Shown: positions 1 through 7,751 of the stretch, piece after piece
How the letters are laid out: every line of letters begins with the position of its first letter
How positions within the stretch are numbered: the stretch's first letter is position 1
Virus record (IMG/VR): IMGVR_UViG_3300020043_005149
Location: 1 to 27,652 of that record
Direction: 5' to 3' (one strand)
From: a virus
Taxonomy: Duplodnaviria; Caudoviricetes
DNA length: 27,652 nt
Program-made: the position numbers and the translations under genes
Notes under the pieces: model-generated
What the model saw: the letters and a program-made list of their open reading frames with translations, nothing else
Databases searched by the model: none
Told to the model about the DNA's origin: nothing

Positions 1-405
1 AATAACCATAAACCATTAACCATAAACCATAAACCAATAGTAGAGAAGTCACAGCGTGGCTCACGCCTCGCCAATGATTGGGTTTTGCCAAACGAATGGG
101 AATACTGGTCTAACAAAGAAAGACCTGATTTGAATGCCATGCAGGTAGCAGATCAGTTCAAAGATTTTTGGTGTTCTAAGCCTGGCAAAGATGGGGTGAA
201 GTTGGATTGGGCAGCCACTTGGCGTAATTGGGTGAGAAATCAAAAAGCTCCAAAGATGAACCCTGCCGACATTGTCAGAGTTACTGTTGCCCCATCCAAC
301 CTGCCAGATCCTGCATTGGAAAAGATTAAGGCCGATGAAAAAAAAGCCGCCCCCATGCCTGACCATATTCGACAAGCAATGGAAGCACTGAGGAGAAAAG
401 CTTGA
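1..405 (+). CDS. Phage replication initiator, C-terminal part (lambda O / DUF1376-YdaU-like); 5' end outside the window
   Basis: Frame 1 is open from base 1 (NNHKPLTINHKPIVEKSQRGSRLANDW...FKDFWCSKPGKDGVKLDWAATWRNWVRN). The F.D.W...K.DW.ATWRNW.R motif is typical of DnaT-like C-termini of phage initiators. Confidence 0.7.
   Translation, partial: NNHKPLTINHKPIVEKSQRGSRLANDWVLPNEWEYWSNKERPDLNAMQVADQFKDFWCSKPGKDGVKLDWAATWRNWVRNQKAPKMNPADIVRVTVAPSNLPDPALEKIKADEKKAAPMPDHIRQAMEALRRKA
3..37 (+). repeat. Tandem 7-bp repeat (WAACCAT x4 plus AAACCAA), candidate origin iterons
   Basis: TAACCAT AAACCAT TAACCAT AAACCAT AAACCAA lies inside the initiator gene. Confidence 0.75.
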
Positions 406-521
406 CCCACGCTGAAGCAATGAGAATCTTGGATAAGGTAAGGGATGGAGTGCCCTATCCAATCAAAATAATCCGCATGGCCTTGGAGCTTACTGGTGAC
501 TTACAGCAGACGCAATCTTGA
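402..521 (+). CDS. Small hypothetical protein (39 aa, MTHAEAMRILDKVRDGVPYP...)
   Basis: The TTG start overlaps the upstream stop (TTGA) and AGGAG lies upstream. Not in the ORF track. Confidence 0.6.
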   Translation: MTHAEAMRILDKVRDGVPYPIKIIRMALELTGDLQQTQS

Positions 522-708
522 AAACCCAAGCGATAGGGTCATCCTAGAGCAAGCAGAAGCTCGTGAGCTATATCGCAATTGGGAATCATCAAAAAATGCA
601 GACTTGATTCGAGCCAGACTTGAAAGAGCTGAACGAATTTATGGATCTGGTGCAAGAGACAGAATTCGAGGTTACATGAACAAAATTAAAGATGGAAGTA
701 TTGAATGA
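496..708 (+). CDS. Hypothetical protein
   Basis: GTG start preceded by GGAG; stop overlaps the MTase ATG (ATGA). Confidence 0.7.
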   Translation: MTYSRRNLENPSDRVILEQAEARELYRNWESSKNADLIRARLERAERIYGSGARDRIRGYMNKIKDGSIE

Positions 709-1850
709 ACTATTTATCGGTATGCAGTGGAATTGAAGCGGCAACAGTTGCTTGGCATCCATTAGGTTGGAATCCTGTTGGCTTTTCTGAAATTGATTCT
801 TTTCCGAGCCAAGTATTGAAACATCATTATCCAAATGTCCCAAACCATGGTGACATGACAAAATTTAAGGAGTGGCAAATTGAATCAAATGTCGATGTTT
901 TCGTTGGAGGAACACCATGCCAGTCTTTCTCAGTCGCAGGACTCAGAAAAGGATTGGATGACCCTCGTGGTAACCTCATGCTTACCTATCTTGCCATTGC
1001 TAAACAATATCGCCCCCGCTGGTTGGTCTGGGAGAATGTCCCTGGCGTTTTGTCCTCCGCTGACGGACGGGACTTTGGTAGCTTCCTCGGAGGGTTGGCA
1101 CTCTGCGGGTATGGGTTCGCATACAGGGTGCTTGACGCTCAATACTTCGGAGTGGCCCAAAGACGCAAACGTGTGTTCGTTGTCGGATATCTTGGAAACT
1201 GGCGACCTGCCGCAGCGGTTCTTTTTGAGCGAGAGAGCTTGCAAGGGAATTCTCCACCGAGCAGACAAAAGGGGGAAGGAGCTACCTCCCGCTCTTCTTC
1301 AAGCGTTGACGAAAGTGGCATCCAGCTCACTGTAGGCACTTTATGTGCTGACACACACCCTGGCAGTTACAGTGGACAAGATGCCTACACTGGCAGATTA
1401 GTGCCAACAGGTGTGCCAGATGTTATGGCTACTTTACTGTCCTCTACGGCAGGAATTTCTAGACCTGGCAATGCCGTTACAGAGCATGAAACATACATCC
1501 CAATGACAAGTCAGGTTTCCGCTTCTTCAGAGATGGAATCAATGGCATTTGAAAATAATCGTAGAGATGGTGTTCGTTTGTATGGGGACATCACAAACAC
1601 TTTGCAAGCATTTGCAGGGACGGGTGGCGGGAATACTCCAATGGTTCAAACAACAATGGCAGTTCGCAGATTGACTCCTGTTGAGTGCGAAAGACTTCAA
1701 GGGTTTCCAGACCATTACACCGATATCAAACCAAAGGGAAAGCAAACCCCTGATGGTCCAAGATACAAAGCATTAGGAAATAGCATGGCAGTTCCAGTTA
1801 TGAACTGGATCGGACAAAAAATACAAAAAGTTGAGGATTTAATTAAATGA
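705..1850 (+). CDS. DNA (cytosine-5)-methyltransferase
   Basis: Motif I variant VCSGIEA, motif IV GGTPCQSFS, VI ENVPG, VIII QRRKRVF, IX RRLTPVECERLQGFP and X YKALGNS. Confidence 0.95.
   Translation: MNYLSVCSGIEAATVAWHPLGWNPVGFSEIDSFPSQVLKHHYPNVPNHGDMTKFKEWQIESNVDVFVGGTPCQSFSVAGLRKGLDDPRGNLMLTYLAIAKQYRPRWLVWENVPGVLSSADGRDFGSFLGGLALCGYGFAYRVLDAQYFGVAQRRKRVFVVGYLGNWRPAAAVLFERESLQGNSPPSRQKGEGATSRSSSSVDESGIQLTVGTLCADTHPGSYSGQDAYTGRLVPTGVPDVMATLLSSTAGISRPGNAVTEHETYIPMTSQVSASSEMESMAFENNRRDGVRLYGDITNTLQAFAGTGGGNTPMVQTTMAVRRLTPVECERLQGFPDHYTDIKPKGKQTPDGPRYKALGNSMAVPVMNWIGQKIQKVEDLIK
880..1335 (+). CDS. Nested alternative-frame ORF (151 aa) resembling the beta polypeptide of split C5-MTases (M.EcoHK31I type)
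   Basis: TAAGGAG at 866-872 sits 7 nt before TTG 880. The ORF is open for 151 codons in the +1 frame and contains SLSDILETGDLPQRFFLSERACKGILHRADKRGKELP. Confidence 0.7.
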   Translation: MNQMSMFSLEEHHASLSQSQDSEKDWMTLVVTSCLPILPLLNNIAPAGWSGRMSLAFCPPLTDGTLVASSEGWHSAGMGSHTGCLTLNTSEWPKDANVCSLSDILETGDLPQRFFLSERACKGILHRADKRGKELPPALLQALTKVASSSL

Positions 1851-2275
1851 CATTTATGCTGACCTACATGGTTGAAGGCAACCCAATCGGGAAAGGCCGA
1901 CCAAAATTTGCTAGGAGGGGGAACTTTGTTTCTACCTACACCCCTACCAAAACTAGAGATTACGAAACTGTAATCAAAGAAGCTGCCCAAAAAGCCATGG
2001 GAAGCAATGCAGTTTTGGAAACGCCTGTAACAGTTGCAATCTACATCACAGTACCAATCCCTGCCTCGTACTCCAAAAAACGCACTGAAGCCTGTTTAAA
2101 GGATATTGAAAGGCCAATTAAGAAGCCCGACATCGACAACATTGCCAAATGCTTCTTAGATGCTATGAATGAGATTGTTTACAAAGACGATACCCAAGTG
2201 CTGACGCTCCATGTGACCAAGGTCTATGGCACTGTTGGCATGGTGGAGGTCATGGTCAGGGAAGATTTGGACTAA
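1847..2275 (+). CDS. rusA: RusA-family Holliday junction resolvase
   Basis: N-terminal GNPIGKGRPKF, plus KPDIDNIAK..LDAMN..VYKDDTQV carrying the catalytic Asp residues. Confidence 0.9.
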   Translation: MTFMLTYMVEGNPIGKGRPKFARRGNFVSTYTPTKTRDYETVIKEAAQKAMGSNAVLETPVTVAIYITVPIPASYSKKRTEACLKDIERPIKKPDIDNIAKCFLDAMNEIVYKDDTQVLTLHVTKVYGTVGMVEVMVREDLD

Positions 2276-2289
2276 GGGTAAACACCTAC
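2274..2289. promoter_or_regulatory. Imperfect palindrome AAGGGTAAACACCTAC, candidate operator/promoter element
   Basis: Intergenic, and similar to the reverse complement of the palindrome at 8368-8387. Confidence 0.35.
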
Positions 2290-2349
2290 ACATCTAATCA
2301 AGATTTCAAGTTACAGTCACGACATCAACAAATTTTTAAGGAGAAAGTA

Positions 2350-2586
2350 ATGCACACAATCAATTTTGATGCAACAACAGGCGCAGGTGATGCGGAGGTT
2401 AAGGTCACTATGTCTTTCAAGGCAGACAAGTATTCAACTTGGGCTGAGAACATCGAGATGGTCACCTATAACGGCATGGACATCATGGGCTTGATGACAG
2501 AAGAGCAGTTTGCTGACCTTGAAGCCAAGGGTGTCAGAGCCATTGAAACCCAGCGTCATTGGGAAATTGTGAACCACGAGCCATGA
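2350..2586 (+). CDS. Hypothetical acidic protein
   Basis: Strong SD context TAAGGAGAAAGTAATG. Confidence 0.8.
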   Translation: MHTINFDATTGAGDAEVKVTMSFKADKYSTWAENIEMVTYNGMDIMGLMTEEQFADLEAKGVRAIETQRHWEIVNHEP

Positions 2587-2663
2587 GCAACCGAACTATT
2601 TGGACTTTAGTAATTATTGGCGTAATTGCTTTTTGGACTTTGATGATTGGATTATTTTTATGA
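2583..2663 (+). CDS. Small single-TM protein (26 aa, MSNRTIWTLVIIGVIAFWTLMIGLFL)
   Basis: ATGA overlaps at both ends; hydrophobic. Confidence 0.55.
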   Translation: MSNRTIWTLVIIGVIAFWTLMIGLFL

Positions 2664-2830
2664 ACACCCCAATGCCTGACGATTACATCAAACGACACCT
2701 TGGACCATGGCGGTCCTTGGAGGAGATCATTCGGTGGGTAGAAGCCTACCATGGCATCTATGAGCCTAAATCTTGCCCACCCTGTAACAACCACTGTAAC
2801 CAAGGCAGAGACTGCCCCGCTAAAAAATGA
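2660..2830 (+). CDS. Hypothetical protein with Cys-rich C-terminus (CPPCNNHCNQGRDCP)
   Basis: ATG 2660 is preferred over the track start (2600) because it overlaps the preceding stop. Confidence 0.65.
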   Translation: MNTPMPDDYIKRHLGPWRSLEEIIRWVEAYHGIYEPKSCPPCNNHCNQGRDCPAKK

Positions 2831-3012
2831 TGCCACAAATAGACATTGGTGCAAGATTCGCCAATCACAAATTTAAGCTTTGTACCAAATGCGACATAAG
2901 TAAACCGCCTGAGGGTGGGATTGACATGGGACATAAGTGGATCTGCCAATCGTGTTGGAACAAGCGCATCACAGGCAAATACCTTAGACAGAACCAAGTA
3001 AAAAATGCGTAA
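2827..3012 (+). CDS. Small Zn-finger-like protein
   Basis: CTKC...CQSC pairs; translationally coupled. Confidence 0.7.
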   Translation: MMPQIDIGARFANHKFKLCTKCDISKPPEGGIDMGHKWICQSCWNKRITGKYLRQNQVKNA

Positions 3013-3463
3013 ACGCACTAAACGCAAAATGTGGAACCTGATCGACCCAATTCAGCATGGGATTGTGGGGGCAGCCATTACCCCTAGGCAAACCTTAGAC
3101 AAGCTGAGAATGACAGAATATTCCGCTTTGGACGCAATGACTAAAGGCGCAGGTACAGTTCAAGATTGGCGCACCCTTGTTGATGTGCTTAACCTATCAG
3201 AGGTCATGGCCAAAGGCGGGGTGGGACCCGAGGTATTGCCTGTATGCGAGAAAGCCCAAGATGCCCTGCATAAGGCGGCCATGCGCTACCAGGCAACCAT
3301 GAAAATGGGTTTAGATGGGCTTGGCATTCAAGCTATCAGGGAATTGATTGAATATGCAGACCTTCAGCAAGGCAGTATTTGCCGAAGTGAATTTGAGAAG
3401 TATGTGAAGAAAACTAGGGACTACATCAGATCAAATAACGATAGGGTGGTAGAGATCGTATGA
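3005..3463 (+). CDS. Hypothetical protein
   Basis: 152-aa ORF overlapping both neighbours in the operon. Confidence 0.8.
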   Translation: MRKRTKRKMWNLIDPIQHGIVGAAITPRQTLDKLRMTEYSALDAMTKGAGTVQDWRTLVDVLNLSEVMAKGGVGPEVLPVCEKAQDALHKAAMRYQATMKMGLDGLGIQAIRELIEYADLQQGSICRSEFEKYVKKTRDYIRSNNDRVVEIV

Positions 3464-3729
3464 GCTTGATAAGCAATATCCCACCGGAAGCACTTGCCGA
3501 AGCATGGGAGATTATGGAGCGAAGACGCAAGGAAGAGCTATCCAAAAAGTTGGGTAGAACTGTAGGCACATGGGGAGGTAAGCGTAAAGGCGCAGGAAAG
3601 CCTAGGCAATTGACCTACAACACTGTGGCCAAAATAGAACTTAATTCAGTCCAAAAGAAAATGTTGGCTGAAATGGGTGATGGAAGCATTGATAGAGGCA
3701 TAGAAAAGTTAATCAACGAGGCAATGTAA
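3460..3729 (+). CDS. Putative DNA-binding protein
   Basis: WGGKRKGAGKP (GG.R.GAG.P-type) motif followed by a ribbon-helix-helix-like C-terminus. Confidence 0.65.
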   Translation: MSLISNIPPEALAEAWEIMERRRKEELSKKLGRTVGTWGGKRKGAGKPRQLTYNTVAKIELNSVQKKMLAEMGDGSIDRGIEKLINEAM

Positions 3730-4046
3730 TGGAAAATCCCGCACACTTAGCAATCAATTTCATCCTGACAAACGCACCTAAATATGCCCAATCAAAGGCT
3801 ACTCGGGTGCAATTAGAAGAATATCGCAAGTCCAAAAAGGCAATTCTCATGTCAAACGAGGAGGGCACATTGGGCGCAAAAGAGATGTATGCCTACGCCC
3901 ATGCAGATTATGTTGCGCTATTGTTTGAGATCAAAGAAGCAATAGCCCAAGAAGAGGAATTGCGTTGGAAACTTGAGGCAGCCAAGCTACGGGTGGAGGT
4001 GTGGAAAACCGAAGAGTACACCAAGCGAGTGGAGATGAAGCTATGA
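3729..4046 (+). CDS. Helical/coiled-coil hypothetical protein (possibly UvsY-like)
   Basis: Coupled ORF; LEEYRKSKKAILM...KEMYAYAH...Y pattern. Function not established. Confidence 0.7.
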   Translation: MENPAHLAINFILTNAPKYAQSKATRVQLEEYRKSKKAILMSNEEGTLGAKEMYAYAHADYVALLFEIKEAIAQEEELRWKLEAAKLRVEVWKTEEYTKRVEMKL

Positions 4047-4225
4047 CACATAATGAAATTATTGAAATGGCCAAAAAATGCGGGTGGAATAATCCCGCAA
4101 ACAACATGGCTCCTTTGTATGAGTTTGCCAAACTGATAGCAGAGCATGAGCGCAATGAAATAATTCAAATATTGGATGATTCCACCGGATATGTCCAAAT
4201 GGATCTAATTAGGGAAAGGGGTTAA
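4043..4225 (+). CDS. Hypothetical protein (MTHNEIIEMAKKCGW...)
   Basis: ATG 4043 overlaps the upstream TGA. Confidence 0.7.
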   Translation: MTHNEIIEMAKKCGWNNPANNMAPLYEFAKLIAEHERNEIIQILDDSTGYVQMDLIRERG

Positions 4226-4227
4226 GT

Positions 4228-4569
4228 ATGAATAAAGACAAAGCTATCAAAATTGCATTAGACGCTTTGCACCTTTGGCACTGGACAGGCGAGACTAAAA
4301 ACCTAATGAGGGCGCATGACGTTCTTAGGGATATTGTTGTCAATCAGCCACTTTATCAATCAGATGGGACAGAAAGTTGCGTAGATTGCCAAACTACAAT
4401 GTCATGTTCTGCAAAGGGCAAAGACTTTGACATTTGCTCATATTATGAGCCACCACAAAAAAAATGGGTTGGGCTAACCGAAGATGAACGAGACACGATT
4501 TTAAGGTCAGAATCGAGCATATTTGAAATGACCGAAGCAATATTAAAAGCTAAAAATGAACAAATTTAA
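4228..4569 (+). CDS. Hypothetical protein with WVGLTEDE motif
   Basis: Coupled ORF; CxxC and a W.GLT.E C-terminal module common in phage nin regions. Confidence 0.7.
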   Translation: MNKDKAIKIALDALHLWHWTGETKNLMRAHDVLRDIVVNQPLYQSDGTESCVDCQTTMSCSAKGKDFDICSYYEPPQKKWVGLTEDERDTILRSESSIFEMTEAILKAKNEQI

Positions 4570-4620
4570 TTTAGCAATTTAGTATATTGTTGATAAAGCC
4601 ATTTGAGCAAAGGAACAAGC

Positions 4621-4716
4621 ATGACATGGCCATTCCCACCATTCCCCAACCCTATAGACAAAGGCAATAAAGTGCCTAAATTTAATCCTGACAACCATGA
4701 GGATTCGCCATTTTGA
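4621..4716 (+). CDS. Small Pro-rich protein (31 aa, MTWPFPPFPNP...EDSPF)
   Basis: AAGGA SD; stop overlaps the next TTG. Confidence 0.55.
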   Translation: MTWPFPPFPNPIDKGNKVPKFNPDNHEDSPF

Positions 4717-5096
4717 GCTACCAAAAGCATGAGTATTACAGAGACAAAGACTTGCTGAAACTTGCAGAGGGTATGCCTTGTCTTTTAGAAGCCTCAAAAA
4801 ATTGTTTGGGGGGGGATGGGTCTACAACTGTAGCGTGTCACTCAAACCTGCTGATTCATGGAAAAGGTCGATCCATCAAGGCCGATGACCACCATTCGGT
4901 ATGGGGGTGCAGCAGATGCCACACTTGGTTAGACTCGTCCTATGCCGACTATGACATTAAAAATCTAGCCTACCAAGAAGCCTACAAAAGACAACTTCAC
5001 GCATGGCTTGATTTGGCAGATAATATAACCATCAAGCCTTGGCGTAGAGAAGCAGCAAGGCGTGTTTTAACCAACTTGGGAGTCCCACATGGATAA
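4713..5096 (+). CDS. DUF1364/YbcO-like Zn-binding putative nuclease
   Basis: PCLL...TTVACHSN...GKGRSIKADD...GCSRCHTWLD. Confidence 0.75.
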   Translation: MSYQKHEYYRDKDLLKLAEGMPCLLEASKNCLGGDGSTTVACHSNLLIHGKGRSIKADDHHSVWGCSRCHTWLDSSYADYDIKNLAYQEAYKRQLHAWLDLADNITIKPWRREAARRVLTNLGVPHG

Positions 5097-5448
5097 TGAA
5101 ATTGGTGATCTCGTTCTGACCTTGTTGCACTCAGCGACCAACACCCACATTTTGCATTGGCAATCAAAGTCCTATGCAGAACATCAAGCCCTTGGCGCAT
5201 TCTATGAAGCTTTGCCAGGCAAGGTCGATGAACTTGTTGAAGCCATTCAAGGCCGATACGATTCAACAATCCAATTCCCTGCGGATTACTATCCACCCGA
5301 AAAAACTGGTAAACGTGAACTGCATGATCTGTCAGAATACTTTGAAGAAAAACGCTCTGTTTTGCCACAGGACTCCGAGATTCAAAACATTGCCGATGAA
5401 ATTCAGCAGCTGATTGATTCAACACTTTATCTTCTACGATTTCCATGA
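5089..5448 (+). CDS. Ferritin/Dps-like four-helix protein (DUF5856-like)
   Basis: THILHWQSKSYAEHQALGAFYE...DELVEAIQG, a Dps-like H..HW......H..L...Y pattern. Confidence 0.75.
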   Translation: MDNEIGDLVLTLLHSATNTHILHWQSKSYAEHQALGAFYEALPGKVDELVEAIQGRYDSTIQFPADYYPPEKTGKRELHDLSEYFEEKRSVLPQDSEIQNIADEIQQLIDSTLYLLRFP

Positions 5449-5490
5449 TTTCCAATCTGTAAAAAAACAGAGGTCTAAAATTTTGACGGG

Positions 5491-5523
5491 GGGGTCTTCC
5501 AAATTTTGGGAGACTCCTTTTTT
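5491..5523 (+). terminator. Rho-independent terminator of the rightward operon
   Basis: GGGGTCTTCCAA-ATT-TTGGGAGACTCC stem (with G-U pairs) followed by TTTTTT. Confidence 0.7.
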
Positions 5524-5543
5524 ACGCCCGAAAACGACCAGGC

Positions 5544-5649
5544 GATTATCTACATAATCCCACAGGGGAGGGGAGAGATAATCGATAATGATAATCATCC
5601 GATTTTCCCCATATAATCGATAATATTTTGACATAATCCGCACATAATC
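5544..5649. repeat. Cluster of ATAATC repeats in non-coding DNA
   Basis: ATAATC at 5554, 5578, 5591, 5613, 5633 and 5644; inverted copy at 5544; near-copies at 5585 and 5620. Confidence 0.75.
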
Positions 5650-5841
5650 CAATCAATTTAAGCCCCTAGAATCGATTTAAGCGCAATCATACTACCATGC
5701 CCTAGGCCACCCATCAAAACCCGCTCAAAAGGGCTAAAAATGGGCTTCTAGCACTATTGCAAAGCAAGCGCAATCCCATGCCAATCAATGGCAAGCTTTA
5801 AACCCTTTAAACGTGACAATCCCTAGGCCAAAACCTATAGA

Positions 5842-5868
5842 CAAAAGAAAAAGCCCCTCGAGGGGGCT
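5842..5868 (-). terminator. Rho-independent terminator of the leftward early operon
   Basis: The minus strand reads AGCCCC-CTCGA-GGGGCT-TTTTCTTTTG, 6 nt after the stop of the last gene. Confidence 0.8.
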
Positions 5869-5874
5869 AAATGG

Positions 5875-6093
5875 TTATTGTTTTTCGTTCATTATGAATT
5901 CGGTTTTAATGTAATCCCTCAATCGATCTTTAAAGGTTTCTACCTCTTGAGAGAAACATATTCCCGCAATATCCCCATTATTTATTTTCAATTCATTTTG
6001 AATATATAAGCATGAGGCATTAATTCCCGCTTCGTATGCATCATTAATAAATTGATCCAAATATGATTCATTTAATGTATGCCATGGTTTCAT
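5875..6093 (-). CDS. Early hypothetical protein (MKPWHTLNESY...)
   Basis: ATG 6093 has a GAGG SD and directly follows the upstream stop. Confidence 0.7.
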   Translation of the reverse strand: MKPWHTLNESYLDQFINDAYEAGINASCLYIQNELKINNGDIAGICFSQEVETFKDRLRDYIKTEFIMNEKQ

Positions 6094-6094
6094 T

Positions 6095-6286
6095 TTATGC
6101 CTCTTGAGTATCATTAATAAAATCTAATCTTTGCTCATGGCATTTTTTAGCCAATATTAGCAATTGCTTTGCATCTTCTAAATCTAATCCGTAATATTCG
6201 GAGAATGCCTCATGGGTTAAAAAATTGTTTACCCAATCTAGATATAAATCCGCTAGAGTATCTCTCAAGTAAATAATCTTTTTCAT
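6095..6286 (-). CDS. Early small protein with YLDWVNNFLT..AF.EYYG motif
   Basis: GAGG SD and a coupled start. I recognise the motif from phage early regions; function unknown. Confidence 0.75.
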   Translation of the reverse strand: MKKIIYLRDTLADLYLDWVNNFLTHEAFSEYYGLDLEDAKQLLILAKKCHEQRLDFINDTQEA

Positions 6287-6597
6287 TGCTTTGCCTCTTT
6301 AAATAGTTTATTAATTTTATTCATTGCTACATCCCAAGATTCGGTTTCAAAAACTAAATCAACGTCATTTATATCGTCATTATTGGGCTCAGTAGTGACA
6401 AAAAACTGTTTACCCCATGTTCTCTCTCTCCTTTTGGGGTTTTTATAATCTACCCAAAAAGTGATTAATTTATCGTCTAATACTCTAATAAACGATGGAC
6501 ACACATTGTTGTGCCATGAATCATCGGTGAACCCATCAGGTATTTGGGGAATCTCAAAATCAAAACATCTAAACTCTTTTTTGTAATCATTACGCAT
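6283..6597 (-). CDS. Early hypothetical protein (D.SWHNN.CPSF motif)
   Basis: ATG 6597 follows an AAGGGG SD and is preferred over the track start (6669). Confidence 0.75.
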   Translation of the reverse strand: MRNDYKKEFRCFDFEIPQIPDGFTDDSWHNNVCPSFIRVLDDKLITFWVDYKNPKRRERTWGKQFFVTTEPNNDDINDVDLVFETESWDVAMNKINKLFKEAKQ

Positions 6598-7348
6598 AAT
6601 GAATCCCCTTAATTTGAACAAAACCCGATTGATCTTTTTTGGCCTTACCTTTAGCATATAAAGCCACAACTACATTTTTGGGCTCAATATGCCTTACATC
6701 GGTATCATCCCCATCGATAACCTCCCATGCTCTAAAGCTTGAGGGGATATCCTCCTTTTTTTGGAACACTACCGCTACTCTTGAATTATTAGGATTGGTC
6801 AATCCCTTTATTGAAATTGGCTTTGGGGTAATGCTAGAGAATGAATAGGTAAGATCATAATTACCCGATGTTTTACCCTCTAAATTGCGTGAGGGATGTT
6901 TTGTATAATCATAAAATTGGACATCGGGAAATAAACTAAATATTGTCCGATTAGGTATAACGTGATAATTCTCCCATGCAATATCACTTGTCCCATTCAA
7001 TCGGACTAAAAGCTTTTGATTATTGCGGTTTGCTTTTGCTCTCAATTCCCAAATATCTGCACATAGGGACATTAAAAAAGAGGATTGTTGTGCATACCAA
7101 AAATCAGTTTTTGCTTGCCTTGCTTTTTGTACTGAATTAAATGCACCTCTACCCGATGAATAGAGACATCCTTCCATGCATCCCGCTAATTTAGCCAATG
7201 GGCATAAATCTTCATTAGGGGTTAAATAAAGGATTGCGGTTAAATAACCGATCTTTTCACCCTTGAGGGTTTTAGTGGATGATGTGCCTAATAATCTTTT
7301 ATAGATTAGGCCATCGGTTTTAATGATTGATTTATAAGGATTGTACAT
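6590..7348 (-). CDS. GP88-family protein (Cys-cluster, radical-SAM-like phage early protein)
   Basis: CPLAKLAGCMEGC, VRLNGTSDI, QFYDYTK, YDLTYSFS, IDGDDTDVRH and AKGKAKKDQSGFV. Confidence 0.75.
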   Translation of the reverse strand: MYNPYKSIIKTDGLIYKRLLGTSSTKTLKGEKIGYLTAILYLTPNEDLCPLAKLAGCMEGCLYSSGRGAFNSVQKARQAKTDFWYAQQSSFLMSLCADIWELRAKANRNNQKLLVRLNGTSDIAWENYHVIPNRTIFSLFPDVQFYDYTKHPSRNLEGKTSGNYDLTYSFSSITPKPISIKGLTNPNNSRVAVVFQKKEDIPSSFRAWEVIDGDDTDVRHIEPKNVVVALYAKGKAKKDQSGFVQIKGIHYA

Positions 7349-7415
7349 AATGTTACTTTCGGTCTTAAATTGATTAAAAATTTCAAAATTGGATTTTGCT
7401 GCAAAATATTAACTT

Positions 7416-7637
7416 TTAATATTGGGGTATTTTTTCCCCATTATCTCGATAACATGAACCGCAATGAATTTCAATAGTGTAAAAATCACCATCATATTTA
7501 TGCCACCAATCGGATTCAATATCATATTGTTTAGCGTGATTGGTTAATCCAACCTTGAGAGAAGCAATGGCCACCTCTTCGGTTTCACCATATGCTTCAA
7601 AAGAAAAATTGCGGGAATCAAAAAGAGCTTTAAACAT
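7416..7637 (-). CDS. Early acidic hypothetical protein (MFKALFDSRNFSFEAYG...)
   Basis: ATG 7637 with a GAGG SD. Confidence 0.7.
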   Translation of the reverse strand: MFKALFDSRNFSFEAYGETEEVAIASLKVGLTNHAKQYDIESDWWHKYDGDFYTIEIHCGSCYRDNGEKIPQY

Positions 7638-7645
7638 TGTTTGCC

Positions 7646-7741
7646 TCACTTAGTTAAAACGTCAAAATATGCCAATGCACCAATGGCAAGCAATAGGCCA
7701 ATGGCAATTGCGGAGAGGATATCCAATAATAGGTTTTTCAT
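7646..7741 (-). CDS. Small single-TM protein (31 aa, MKNLLLDILSAIAIGLLLAIGALAYFDVLTK)
   Basis: AAGGGG SD; hydrophobic. Not in the ORF track. Confidence 0.7.
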   Translation of the reverse strand: MKNLLLDILSAIAIGLLLAIGALAYFDVLTK

Positions 7742-7751
7742 TGTGAGCCCC

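Noticed and set aside
5544-5830. CRISPR or mini-CRISPR array
   Set aside because: The repeats are only 6-10 bp and irregularly spaced, with no repeat-spacer periodicity.
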